The notes beneath the pieces are model-generated. The model made no database searches. It was given only the letters and a program-made list of their open reading frames with translations, and was not told where the DNA came from. Of a stretch of DNA of 64,000 bases, positions 34,228-46,686 are shown piece by piece (the stretch's first letter is position 1; each line of letters opens with the position of its first letter). Source of the stretch: Sulfolobaceae archaeon (GTDB lineage: Archaea; Thermoproteota; Thermoprotei_A; Sulfolobales; Sulfolobaceae); assembly GCA_038893355.1 (NCBI GenBank), contig JAWARQ010000001.1, positions 160,001 to 224,000 of the forward strand. The letters are read 5' to 3'. The translations under genes and the position numbers were made by a program.

Positions 34228-34819
34228 TGGCTACTGGACCACGATATAAGGTTAAATTTAGAAGGAGAAGGGAAGGGAAAACTAATTATTATAAGAGGTA
34301 CATATACGTTTTAAGTAAGGCTATCAGAGCTGTTGTTAGAATAACTAATAAGCATATAATCTTTCAAATTGTAAAATTTGATCCAAAAGGAGATGTAACA
34401 TTAGTTATGGCACATTCTATGGAACTAATAAAAAAATATGGCTGGAAGGGCGATCCCAATAATACTCCAGCTGCATATTTAGTTGGATATTTAGCGGGAT
34501 TAAGGGCACTGAAGGCTAATATAACTGAAGCTGTTGCGGATATTGGCTTGCATAGACCAACAAAAGGAGGAAGAGTATTTGCTGCAATAAAAGGTGCAAT
34601 TGATGCTGGGTTAAAAATTAAAGTTGGTGATGTTCTACCAACTCAAGATAGAATAAGGGGAGAGCATATAGCAAAGTATGCAATAGAATTAGAGTCAACA
34701 AATCCAGAAAAATTTAAGAGATTATTTTCAGGTTATCTTTCCCGTGGTTTACACCCTAAAGATCTTCCCGCTCATTTTGATGAAGTATTAAATAGGATTA
34801 AAGAAGAGGGTAGTAAAAG

Positions 34820-34823
<4 letters not shown>
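34227..34823 (+). CDS. rpl18: 50S ribosomal protein L18
   Basis: [19 protein letters not shown]. Confidence 0.96.
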
Positions 34824-35464
<641 letters not shown>

Positions 35465-35471
35465 AAGGATT

Positions 35472-35948
35472 ATGAAATTGTATGCTATAATCAGGATAAG
35501 AGGTTATGCTGGGACACCATGGTATATTCAAGATCATTTAGAAAAGTTAAGACTAAAAAGGAGGTTTAATGCAATGATATATCCTGAAGATAATGGGATA
35601 TTAGGTAGAGTTAGAACTGTACAAAGTTATGTAACATGGGGAGAGTTAAATTATGAAGGACTTAAATTACTATTAACTAGGCTATATACAATTAATGGAA
35701 TTAGGGTAGAGAGGGATTTAGATCTATTAAAATCTAAATTAAAATTAGAAAATTTTGAATCATTTGTTAACGCAATTTTCGAAGGAAAGTTATTATTGCA
35801 TAAATTAGATGATTATTTTAAACTACCAATAAGACTTCATCCCCCAAGAGGAGGTTTTAAAGGTAAGATTAATAGACCGTATGGACAAAAGGGAGAGTTT
35901 GGATACAGAGGAGAGAAAATAAACGAATTAATAAGGAGGATGGTATAA
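35472..35948 (+). CDS. rpl30: 50S ribosomal protein L30
   Basis: IRIRG, RLHPPRGG, GYRGEKIN. Confidence 0.95.
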   Translation: MKLYAIIRIRGYAGTPWYIQDHLEKLRLKRRFNAMIYPEDNGILGRVRTVQSYVTWGELNYEGLKLLLTRLYTINGIRVERDLDLLKSKLKLENFESFVNAIFEGKLLLHKLDDYFKLPIRLHPPRGGFKGKINRPYGQKGEFGYRGEKINELIRRMV

Positions 35949-35949
35949 T

Positions 35950-36384
35950 ATGGTAGTAAGAAGGGAAAAGAAGTCTAGAAAGATGAGAGGATCTAGGACG
36001 ATGGGATGGGGTAGAAGAGGTCAACATAGAGATAGAGGTTCTCAAGGAAGTAGACAAGTTGGAATGCATAAGGAAAAATGGTCTTGGCTAGTAAAATATG
36101 GAGAAGGATGGTATGGTAAGCATGGTTTTGTTAATCCAACTAGTAAGAAGATAAATTCAATATCATTAAGAAAATTACGAGAATTAATCGAAAATGGTAA
36201 AATAAAACCAAAGGAGGAAAATGGAAAACTAGTTATAGATTTAGAAGAACTCGGATATCAAAAATTATTAGGAAATGGTGAAATTGACAAGCCATATTTA
36301 ATAAGAGTTAGACAAGCAACTCAAAGAGCTATAGAAAGAGTGAAGTCTAAGGGAGGAGAAGTTATATTAATCTCAACGAGTTAG
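35950..36384 (+). CDS. rpl15: 50S ribosomal protein L15
   Basis: RGSRTMGWG, YGKHGF. Confidence 0.95.
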   Translation: MVVRREKKSRKMRGSRTMGWGRRGQHRDRGSQGSRQVGMHKEKWSWLVKYGEGWYGKHGFVNPTSKKINSISLRKLRELIENGKIKPKEENGKLVIDLEELGYQKLLGNGEIDKPYLIRVRQATQRAIERVKSKGGEVILISTS

Positions 36385-36394
36385 GCTTTTTTGT

Positions 36395-38372
<1,978 letters not shown>

Positions 38373-38373
38373 T

Positions 38374-38814
38374 ATGAATTTGCAATTACTTGAAGTGATA
38401 TTAATTTCTTTTATTTCAAATATAATAGTATATATTATTTATTTATTATTTATTAAAAATAAATTATTAAATATTTATAATAAAATAAAAGAGTATGAAG
38501 ATAGAATTAATTCTATAGTCTCCCCTAAGCGTCGATCTAGAACTTTAAAAATGATTTCAAAAGAATTACAAGATTATTATAATAAATTCAGGTTATATCT
38601 TTTTACGCAAACTATGATACTTACATCGCTATATTTAATTAATTTATTTATAATTATTTCTTATTTTTCATTTTCAATTTATTTACCAATAATTATTCCA
38701 TTTATTCAAAGCTCTGCAATCGAGATATCAGGGAGTTCTGGTCCATTGCTAATATATGTACTTTCATTTTTCTTGTTCACGCCAATATCTATGAGAAGGC
38801 CTAAATTTGAATGA
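38374..38814 (+). CDS. Membrane protein, DUF106/EMC3-TMCO1-like
   Basis: TM-coiled coil-TM-TM layout at the conserved adk-rpl34e position. Confidence 0.6.
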   Translation: MNLQLLEVILISFISNIIVYIIYLLFIKNKLLNIYNKIKEYEDRINSIVSPKRRSRTLKMISKELQDYYNKFRLYLFTQTMILTSLYLINLFIIISYFSFSIYLPIIIPFIQSSAIEISGSSGPLLIYVLSFFLFTPISMRRPKFE

Positions 38815-38853
38815 GTATAGTTTTTTATATGAATCATAAGAAAATAAGATATA

Positions 38854-39117
38854 ATGCCGAGACCGGCTTTAAGGTCAAGGTCTTTAAGGAGAATATTTAG
38901 AAGAACTCCATCTGGAAGGACTGTTGTACATTATGAGAGAAAGAGAAATTCTCCAGCTAAATGTGCATTATGTAAATCTGAATTAAATGGTGTAAAGACT
39001 AATAAATTATATAAATATTCTAAGGTAGAAAAAAGGCCAGAAAGACCCTTTGGTGGTTATCTTTGCCATAAATGTCTGGAAAGGATAATTAAATTGAACG
39101 TAAGAGGATTAGTATGA
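38854..39117 (+). CDS. rpl34e: 50S ribosomal protein L34e
   Basis: RTPSGR, RPFGGYLCHKC. Confidence 0.95.
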   Translation: MPRPALRSRSLRRIFRRTPSGRTVVHYERKRNSPAKCALCKSELNGVKTNKLYKYSKVEKRPERPFGGYLCHKCLERIIKLNVRGLV

Positions 39118-39671
39118 TAATAGTAATAAGTGGGCCACCAGGTAGTGGTAAAACAAGTGTTGCAAAAGAATTATCAAGAAGGCTAAATATCCCCTATATC
39201 TCTGCAGGAGGATTATTTAGAAAGATTGCAGAGGAGAAGGGAATCTCTGTGGTGGAGTTAAATATATTAGCTGAGAAGAATTTTGAAATTGATAGATTAG
39301 TAGATTCTGAGATAATTAATACAGTAAAAAAATTTAATGATGTGATAGTTGAATCACACATAGCTGGCTGGATATTAAATGACGTTGCTGATGTAAAAGT
39401 TTATCTTTATGCACCATTTTATATAAGGGCAAAGAGAATTTCAGAAAGAGATAAAATTTCTCTACAAAGAGCTATGGAAGAAATTGTAGCTAGAGAATAT
39501 AGTCATTATACTAGATTTAAAAAGTATTATGGAATTGATATTTTAGATGTATCAAATTTTGATTTAATTATAAATACTGAAAATTTAAATTTAAATGCTA
39601 TAATAGATTTATTAGTAAGTTTTATTAGGAATAAACAAGAACATATTCAGAATCGTGTGTCTACTTTATAG
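39114..39671 (+). CDS. cmk: Cytidylate kinase
   Basis: SGPPGSGKT, ISAGGLFR, YYGIDI. Confidence 0.93.
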   Translation: MIIVISGPPGSGKTSVAKELSRRLNIPYISAGGLFRKIAEEKGISVVELNILAEKNFEIDRLVDSEIINTVKKFNDVIVESHIAGWILNDVADVKVYLYAPFYIRAKRISERDKISLQRAMEEIVAREYSHYTRFKKYYGIDILDVSNFDLIINTENLNLNAIIDLLVSFIRNKQEHIQNRVSTL

Positions 39672-39686
39672 GAAGATTTCACTCAT

Positions 39687-39929
39687 ATGACTATAATTTC
39701 GTTTATTCAAAATCTTACCACAACGGTAACAGAAGTTTCATGGTCTCTGTTTTTACTAGCCTGGGCCATTGGCTGGGCATTAAGGGGTTCTCCCATACCA
39801 ATATTTAGAGTAAAAAGAACCGGTCAAGATTTATTGGAAGATGCTATATTTGCAGCATTTTGGTTAGCGATAGGCTCCACTATCTTTCAAGCGATAACGT
39901 ATATAGCATCCCAAATCCAATTAGGGTGA
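39687..39929 (+). CDS. cedA1: Ced DNA-import pilin-like protein CedA1
   Basis: Two TM helices, GWALRGSPIP..KRTGQDLLEDA; precedes cedA. Confidence 0.85.
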   Translation: MTIISFIQNLTTTVTEVSWSLFLLAWAIGWALRGSPIPIFRVKRTGQDLLEDAIFAAFWLAIGSTIFQAITYIASQIQLG

Positions 39930-39936
39930 AAGTTTC

Positions 39937-40716
39937 TTGTATTCACCAATTGAATTATTATATATAGCACAAAATTTAGCAATTCTTACTTATTTTTTAG
40001 GAGTTTTACTTTATGCATTACCAATACCAATTTACGGGATAAAAAAATGGGCTCCAAAGTTAGTTTCAGATGGAATATATGCTAGTGTGTGGGTTAATAT
40101 ATATGCAGGAATTTTATATATGATTTCATTAATATCTAATATTATCGGAATTTCATGGGATTCTTATTTTTTATGGTTAAGGCAAGTTTTAGGTTTTGAG
40201 CTTAACTTATACCTTATAATTAGAGCTACTGCTGCAACAGCTTCTGTAGACCCAGCATTAAGCGTCCTTGTTGCTCCATTTACTCTATTTATGTCCTTTA
40301 TGACGGGGTTAATAACACTTCTTCAAACCATAATAATTATTTCTGAAATAGTTTATCAGTATACTCCTATATTCATCTCATTAGGCATATTATTACTCTC
40401 AATCCCATTTAGAATAGGAAGGGGAATAGGAGCTTCACTAATTGCCTCCTTCACTATATTTTACATTGGTCTCCCATACTTACCAGAATTTCTAAATAAC
40501 TTAAATATGAATATTTTATCATTACCACCTCCGTCTACAGACCAACCTCAAGATTTAATTAATCTCTTAGCAACGCAAATCGTACCACAAATAATTGCAG
40601 CAACGATAGTTATGCCGTTAATATACATTACAATTTTAGCAGGATTGAGTATAGGATTAGCTTATGCAATAAGTGGAACCGGCGGTAGATTGCCATTTCC
40701 TATAGATATATTATGA
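39937..40716 (+). CDS. cedA: Ced DNA-import membrane channel CedA
   Basis: Multi-TM; YALPIPIYGIKKWAP, IPFRIGRGIG. Confidence 0.88.
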   Translation: MYSPIELLYIAQNLAILTYFLGVLLYALPIPIYGIKKWAPKLVSDGIYASVWVNIYAGILYMISLISNIIGISWDSYFLWLRQVLGFELNLYLIIRATAATASVDPALSVLVAPFTLFMSFMTGLITLLQTIIIISEIVYQYTPIFISLGILLLSIPFRIGRGIGASLIASFTIFYIGLPYLPEFLNNLNMNILSLPPPSTDQPQDLINLLATQIVPQIIAATIVMPLIYITILAGLSIGLAYAISGTGGRLPFPIDIL

Positions 40717-40738
40717 ATAAGTAAATAAGGTGAGAAAA

Positions 40739-40900
40739 GTGAAAAGTTATAAAATAATACCATTACTATTTCTGATAAATTCAATATTAGTATCAATAAT
40801 AACTAAAAACTATATTTATCTTTTATGGGGAATTTCGATTTCAATATTAATTTATATTATAATTAAATTTATTTTGAAGAAGACGATTGAGACTGAGTAG
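40739..40900 (+). CDS. cedA2: Small two-TM protein, probable CedA2 (not in ORF track)
   Basis: GGTGA SD plus GTG; 53-aa hydrophobic ORF directly after cedA. Confidence 0.65.
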   Translation: MKSYKIIPLLFLINSILVSIITKNYIYLLWGISISILIYIIIKFILKKTIETE

Positions 40901-40961
40901 ATTTTTTCTCCTTCCTTACCTCTTTTACCATAAATAACGTTGTCTTCTGTCTACCTCCCAT
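40869..40961 (-). CDS. Candidate 30-aa basic small protein
   Basis: MGGRQKTTLFMVKEVRKEKKSTQSQSSSSK*; TTTAAA 23 nt upstream of ATG. Confidence 0.4.
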   Translation of the reverse strand: MGGRQKTTLFMVKEVRKEKKSTQSQSSSSK

Positions 40962-40997
40962 ATATAACGTTATAACCTCTAAAGTTTAAAGTTTAAT

Positions 40998-41417
40998 GTG
41001 AAACGATTCGAATTCTTTGAACATACTGCAGATATAGGAATTAAGGCATATGGAAGGACATTAGATGAATTATTTGAAAATTGTGCACTAGCAGTCTTTG
41101 AAATTATAACAGATACTAGCAAAGTATTACCAAAGGTTAAAGTTGAAATACAAGAATTTGGATATGATTTAGAGAATTTATTATACAAATGGATCGAAGA
41201 TCTGTTATACTATTATGATTCTCGACTTTTAGTATTCTCAAAATTCAAGGTAAAAGTAGACTCTGAAACTCTATTCTTAGAAGCTGAAGCATATGGTGAA
41301 AGATTTGATCCTCAAAGATTTGAGAAGAGGGTAGTAGTAAAGGCAATGACATATCACGAAATGGAAATTAAGAAGACAGAAGAAGGCTATGAGGCAAAAT
41401 TTGTTGTGGACATCTGA
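40998..41417 (+). CDS. Archease
   Basis: EHTADIG, VKAMTYH, FVVDI. Confidence 0.95.
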   Translation: MKRFEFFEHTADIGIKAYGRTLDELFENCALAVFEIITDTSKVLPKVKVEIQEFGYDLENLLYKWIEDLLYYYDSRLLVFSKFKVKVDSETLFLEAEAYGERFDPQRFEKRVVVKAMTYHEMEIKKTEEGYEAKFVVDI

Positions 41418-41935
41418 AGTTTTAATTTGCATCTTTCACAATAGGTATTACCTTTCTTATCTACCTCTTTTATAGAATTACTAAAGCTCATAACGCAAGA
41501 TTTGTCGTTACAATGCTCTAAGCCCAATGCATGTCCGAGCTCATGAGTTGCTTCTTTTTTTACTCTATCTAAGAATAAAGAAAAGTTAGGCTCTCTACCG
41601 TAAAACTCTTCTTTAAGTCGTGATAAAAATACTATACCTACTCTTGATGTAGCAATTCCAAAAATAAAGTTTAATGAATCTGAGAATCCATCAACATCTG
41701 CAATTCCCAATATAACGCTTTCATTATTTAGGAACTCACTAAGTTTTCTTTTTAAAAATTCGAGTATCTGATCAGCATCATACTGTTTCCTATCCCAGCA
41801 ATAATAGCTAAATGGTATATGAAGTATATCATTTATAATTCTTACATTAAATCCCAAACTTTCAAGATGTGATGCTATACTTTGTAGTACTATATAATCG
41901 ACCTTCGTTAATGGTAAGAGGAATACTTTTATCAT
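41387..41935 (-). CDS. amzA: Archaemetzincin zinc metalloprotease
   Basis: HELGHALGLEHC..CVMSFS..C..C; start moved to ATG 41935 after GGTGA. Confidence 0.92.
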   Translation of the reverse strand: MIKVFLLPLTKVDYIVLQSIASHLESLGFNVRIINDILHIPFSYYCWDRKQYDADQILEFLKRKLSEFLNNESVILGIADVDGFSDSLNFIFGIATSRVGIVFLSRLKEEFYGREPNFSLFLDRVKKEATHELGHALGLEHCNDKSCVMSFSNSIKEVDKKGNTYCERCKLKLQMSTTNFAS

Positions 41936-41965
41936 TTTTTCACCATATAGAATTTTAGGTATATA

Positions 41966-42039
41966 TGCCGCCGCGGGGACTTGAACCCCGGACATCCCGG
42001 TCTTCAGCCGGGCGCTCTCCCGGGCTGAGCTACGGCGGC
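41966..42039 (-). tRNA. tRNA-Phe(GAA)
   Basis: GCCGCCG/CGGCGGC acceptor, CCCGG-CT-GAA-GA-CCGGG. Confidence 0.96.
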
Positions 42040-42083
42040 TCCTCGTAATAGATTTATATTCTTAGCATTAAAAAGATTTACTA

Positions 42084-42157
42084 GGGGGTCTGGCGACCCT
42101 CATCGAGATCCCCATTATTGGGGTAACAATGAAAATGGGGCTCCAGAGGCCCCTACA
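42084..42157 (+). ncRNA. Box H/ACA pseudouridylation guide RNA
   Basis: Lower stem GGGGGTC/GGCCCCT, 7+7 nt pocket, upper stem CCTCAT/ATGGGG, GA/GA K-turn, ACA 14 nt from pocket apex, TTTATA at 42053-42058. Confidence 0.75.
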
Positions 42158-42486
42158 TTTACGATAAGTAAAAAACTCTTTTAGTTTTTATCAAGATAGT
42201 ATTGCTATTGGACTACAAAATCTCTTTTTTCCTCTATAATACGTTATGAAAAATTATATTTTACATTTCTACTTTATGAGAAGAATTTTTCATGTAATAG
42301 TTTATAGCTCAATAACGACACTATCGGCCTTATTTAGAATAATTTAATTACATAATAAGTTTAATAACATGAATTAAAGCAGATAATATAACCATTTCAA
42401 TTCTTATTATGATGAGATTTGATAATGACTCATATTAATATGGAGGAAACTTTAAATGGTTATGTATTAGTAGTTCTATTAGTAGT

Positions 42487-42561
<75 letters not shown>

Positions 42562-42674
42562 CTATTTTTCCTTTAAATTGAAAGAGAGTTACGTTCTCTA
42601 TAGATATAAGGGATTTGCAACAGCGAAGGATATTTTTGCAACATTCTCATTATTTAATGATAGAATGTGATATT

Positions 42675-43607
42675 ATGGTAAGGATTGACGTAAATAAATT
42701 AGATAATGAGCAAAAAATACGAATATTGAAGAAAGCTATAGAAAAATACGGGTTAAGTTATGTTGCACAAAAGCTAGGAATTGACAGAAGTACTTTATAC
42801 AGATATTTTGCAGACAAAGTAAAGAAGGTCCCAGATGAAACAATAAGCATCACTGCAGAGATGCTCAGTTTAGAGGAACTGAGCTATGCACTTTATGGTT
42901 TGAAGACTATAGACGTGGAGCCCACCACGGCATTAAGCGTAATAATAAAGGCTTTGAGGGATCAAGGCTTTCGTAACTTCTTCTTAACGCTGCTTTATCA
43001 GTACATGGGGGATTATTTGAAGACAGCTACTAATACTTATATCGTAAGTGAAGACGACGTGATGAAGTTTGAGGTGTTACTCAATGAGAAAGCTGCAAGT
43101 ACTAAGAAGCAACGAATAAGATATTTGAAGAAAGCCCTATCGGAATTGGGATATCAATTATCACCTGACGGAATTAGAGAGCTACTGAATGAGGCTGAAA
43201 CTCCCAATATCGCTAGGCATACTGCAAATTCGTTAAAGCTCTTCATAAAGACAATTATGAGAGAAAAGAACCCAGAGTTGGCCCATCTGTTATATTCTTC
43301 CTTTAAAGTCCCTCGGGGAAAATATAAGCACAAGCCCGAGTCACTTAGTTTAGAAGTATTGCGAAAAATATTTGAGAATATTGAACACTTGGGAGCAAAG
43401 ACGTATTTCCTACTGTTATGCGAGACCAGTTTAAGAACCGAGGAAGTTTACGGTATAACCCTGGAGCAGATAGACTTAGAGCATAGAATAATCAGGTTAA
43501 TGAAAGAAAGCGAGACTAAGAGGGCGTATATTTCCTTTATTCATCCTAAAATTACAGAATTTCTCAAGAACGTATACTTACCCTACAGGGAAGAGTTCGT
43601 AAAATGA
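42675..43607 (+). pseudogene. C-terminally truncated tyrosine integrase with N-terminal HTH
   Basis: HTH VAQKLGIDRSTLYRY; catalytic Arg in ETSLR; ends before the H-x-x-R and Tyr motifs. Confidence 0.8.
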
Positions 43608-43799
43608 ATAATCTAAGTGACTTTTATCTCGGATTATTGCTGATTAAAATGTTGACAACTATTATGATGAGTTTTTAGTTTTATTATAAAAATTAAAAGT
43701 AAATATAAAATATTTAAAATAAGATATAATTATTTGGTAATTTTTAATCCGTTTTTAATGAGTACTTACATTTATAAACTCTCGCACAAAAACTCTTAT

Positions 43800-44011
43800 G
43801 TGTCTACCGTTTATAGTATACGGATTCCTAAAAAGTTGAAAGAATTAATGGATTCCGTAAATGTTGATTGGCAAAAGGAGATCAGTAATTACATAGAAGA
43901 AAGAGTAAGGAAAGAGTTAATAAAAAGTACATTGAGGAGGGTAAAGAGAATATAAGTAAAATGAAAGTTATAGATAACTCCTCGATAATAAGAGAGGAAA
44001 GAGAAAAGTGA
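43800..44011 (+). pseudogene. vapB: VapB-type RHH antitoxin, frameshifted
   Basis: (M)STVYSIRIPKKLKELMD; adding one A at 43922-43926 restores KYIEEGKEN..IIREEREK* overlapping the vapC start. Confidence 0.75.
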
Positions 44012-44413
44012 TCTTAGATTCATCAGCTATTTCATCATTCTTTTTCAAAGACCACTTTACTGAAAAATAACTGAAATTATATTGAACTTGGACAGTTTCG
44101 AAACGTTAGATTTAGCCTTTGCTGAGGTTTCTAATGTTGCGTGGAAAAGGATAGTTATTTTCCAAGACGATAAAAATGCTGTATTAAGCCAATTACAAAA
44201 AGCCATAGATTTCATAGAAAAATTATGTAAAGTAGTTCAAGTTAGAGAAATTTGGAATAATGCAATTGATCTGGCTATAAATGAAGACTTCCCTTTTATG
44301 ATTCAGCGTTTTTGTATTTAGCTATAAAGGAAAATTCAAAATTACTCACAACAGATCTAAAGTTTTTCAACAAGCTTCCCGATAAATACAAAAAATTTGT
44401 TATAACCCCGTAA
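44008..44413 (+). pseudogene. vapC: VapC PIN toxin, two frameshifts
   Basis: MILDSSA..., AEVSNVAWK, FYDSAFLYLA..LLTTD in successive frames. Confidence 0.8.
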
Positions 44414-44494
44414 TAAACTATTTGTTAAATAAAACTCATTACTAAATTAAAACAAGATTTATGTTTTTTTAAAACAACCCAAGAGCACTCTCTT

Positions 44495-44670
44495 ATGAGC
44501 GAAGAGTCAGAACTTATTGTACAATCCGCAAATGAGATTGTAAAACAATTAGATACAACTTCTGAAGAACAAGGTATTTTCCCAGAAAGAACTTAGCATT
44601 GTTAGTACAACAAGGTTTCATGGGAATTCTAGTTCCTAGTTCAATTAAAAATATTAAGGAGGTCATTTAA
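44495..44670 (+). pseudogene. Acyl-CoA dehydrogenase N-terminal fragment
   Basis: MSEESELIVQSANE..EEQGIFPE/KNLALLVQQGFMGILVP with one frameshift. Confidence 0.55.
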
Positions 44671-44931
44671 GCTAATAACTTCTTTGTACTGAAGGTAGTA
44701 TTAGCAATGCTCTCAATTAATGTTAAGTCTCTATTTCCTTAACCTCACACATTTTAAAGACGGGACAAATAAGCAGAGTAAGGAACCAGAGCTTACAAAT
44801 CTCAGCGTACTTAGATTTACAAGCCCAAATCCCAATAGAGTATTATTAAAATGACGAGTTGACAAGAACTGATCTGTTAGGCAATTCTAACTTTCCCGAA
44901 AATATTTAACTTCTCTCTACAATTCCCTCTT

Positions 44932-46686
44932 ATGTTACCATTAGTATTAGAGAGAGTATGTGAGGACACCTACGATAAGCTCACCAAGGAGTACAAGGAA
45001 ACCTACTTTGAAGAACCATCAATAGAGCAAAGGAACGCGTGGAGAAAACTTCTCTCCATTTTAAAGGAATTGAATACTCCCCACCCAATTATAATGGAAT
45101 ACCCGATATTTACCGAAAGGGTGGACTTAATCTTCGTGGACAAGGATAAAGCCCTAGTCGTTGAGGCTAAGGGTTGGAAAAGCGTAAAGCGGGTTGATGA
45201 CTTAACAGTAATCGCTGATGAAAAACTCAGACAAGATCCTTGTTATCAATTGCAGAACTACGTTACTAAACTCAACACCTACCACTCCTCAAATATAAAG
45301 TTTGAAGGCTTACTATTCCTTTACAATACTTCAGATTACTCTTCAGAGTGTAAGATAGTAAGAAGTGTAAATGAATTAAGAGAGGAACTAAAGAACTATC
45401 CCGCTGGGGATGAAAACGACGTGAGAAGGATTACAGAAGGTAGCCTTGAGTTAAAGCAAGGTTTCACTGACTTTGTGAGAAAGGTAAAGGAGTTAAAACT
45501 CAAAAACGTCGCAAAGGCCTTAGTCTCTCAAGGCTTCGGCTTAACCGAGGAACAGACACTCGTGCTTGAAAACGTTATTAAGGCTTTAGAAAAAGGGGAG
45601 GAAGGGAAGAACTTCTTAATAAAAGGCGAGAGCGGTTCCGGTAAAAGTCTCCTAGCCGTTACCCTTTATCTCGAGGCCTTAAGCAGGGGGTACTTTGCTA
45701 TACTATCTTATAAAAATAATAGATTGATTAACGTTGTGAGACAAGCTTTAGGCAGTGAACTCTCGATGTACGTCCTATTTTATTCCACCGGTCGCGGTTT
45801 TGGTATAGGAGAAAAGAGGTTTGAGGAGTGGTTTAAGAAAAGGTTCGGCAATAGGAGAATTGATTTAATAGTTTTTGATGAGGCGCAAAGAATGACAATT
45901 GACGTAATGAGGAACTCACCTAGGGGTAGGATTAACGTGTACTTTATAGATGATAAGCAAGTGCTTATAGGCAATGAGGCGGGTACTGAGGAAAACTTCC
46001 GAAAGAACGTCCCGAATCTTGAGGTTTATGAACTCTCATCCCCCTTCAGAGAGCCCAAGGTATATGTTAATGCTGTAAAGGATTTGCTTAATGGTAAGAG
46101 GGTTACTATCTCGTCCTTTGAATTTAGAGTGTTTGATGACATAAGGGATATGCTTAGGGAGTTGGAGAATAGGAAGAGGGAGGGGAGGAAAGTAGCACTA
46201 ATTTGCAGTTTCACGGAATCAAGGGGTGATAAAGACAACCCGCAAAGTATTGAAAATGTGAGGATAGGTTACCCTCTTCCTTCTCGTTTCGATTTATATA
46301 AAGAAGTTGGAGTGAACGTTAGGTGGTTAATGGATGAGGAAACTGAATATCCTAAATACTGGAGCGGGGAACTCGACCCCTTAAAGTACTGTTCTTCAGT
46401 TTACGGCGCTCAAGGTTTTGAGGCTGAATACGTTGGGGTTGTTTGGGGGAGGGATTTGGTCTGGAGGGATGGAGGGTGGACTGTAAATTCCGAGCCCATT
46501 ACGGATTACGTTGGGGGTAGGGATTCGTTAATGGATTTGGCTAAGAGTGATAAAAGGAGGGCCCTAGAGCTTCTCAAGAATAGGTATTATATAATGCTCA
46601 CCAGAGCAACTAAAGGGGTTTATGTGTTTTTTGAGGACAAGTTGACTGGGGAGAAGGTTAAGGAGTTGGTTAGTTACAAGAAGTAG
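44932..46686 (+). CDS. DUF2075 (Schlafen group 3-type) helicase with N-terminal PD-(D/E)XK/NERD-like domain
   Basis: EY..RVDLIF..VVEAKGW; GESGSGKS; FDEAQR; SVYGAQGFEAEYVGV; NRYYIMLTRATKG. Confidence 0.85.
   Translation: MLPLVLERVCEDTYDKLTKEYKETYFEEPSIEQRNAWRKLLSILKELNTPHPIIMEYPIFTERVDLIFVDKDKALVVEAKGWKSVKRVDDLTVIADEKLRQDPCYQLQNYVTKLNTYHSSNIKFEGLLFLYNTSDYSSECKIVRSVNELREELKNYPAGDENDVRRITEGSLELKQGFTDFVRKVKELKLKNVAKALVSQGFGLTEEQTLVLENVIKALEKGEEGKNFLIKGESGSGKSLLAVTLYLEALSRGYFAILSYKNNRLINVVRQALGSELSMYVLFYSTGRGFGIGEKRFEEWFKKRFGNRRIDLIVFDEAQRMTIDVMRNSPRGRINVYFIDDKQVLIGNEAGTEENFRKNVPNLEVYELSSPFREPKVYVNAVKDLLNGKRVTISSFEFRVFDDIRDMLRELENRKREGRKVALICSFTESRGDKDNPQSIENVRIGYPLPSRFDLYKEVGVNVRWLMDEETEYPKYWSGELDPLKYCSSVYGAQGFEAEYVGVVWGRDLVWRDGGWTVNSEPITDYVGGRDSLMDLAKSDKRRALELLKNRYYIMLTRATKGVYVFFEDKLTGEKVKELVSYKK

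Noticed and set aside
39630-39686. DNA-damage-responsive ANTTTC motif upstream of cedA1
   Set aside because: Only one-mismatch versions (ATATTC, GATTTC) are present; too weak in AT-rich DNA
41936-41995. N-terminal extension of archaemetzincin
   Set aside because: Overlaps tRNA-Phe; SD supports ATG 41935
42409-42415. ATGATGA as a C box (also at 43664-43670)
   Set aside because: No CTGA D box at a suitable distance
43915-44300. Programmed -1 frameshifting of vapBC
   Set aside because: No X-XXY-YYZ slippery heptamer in frame, and vapC would need two shifts
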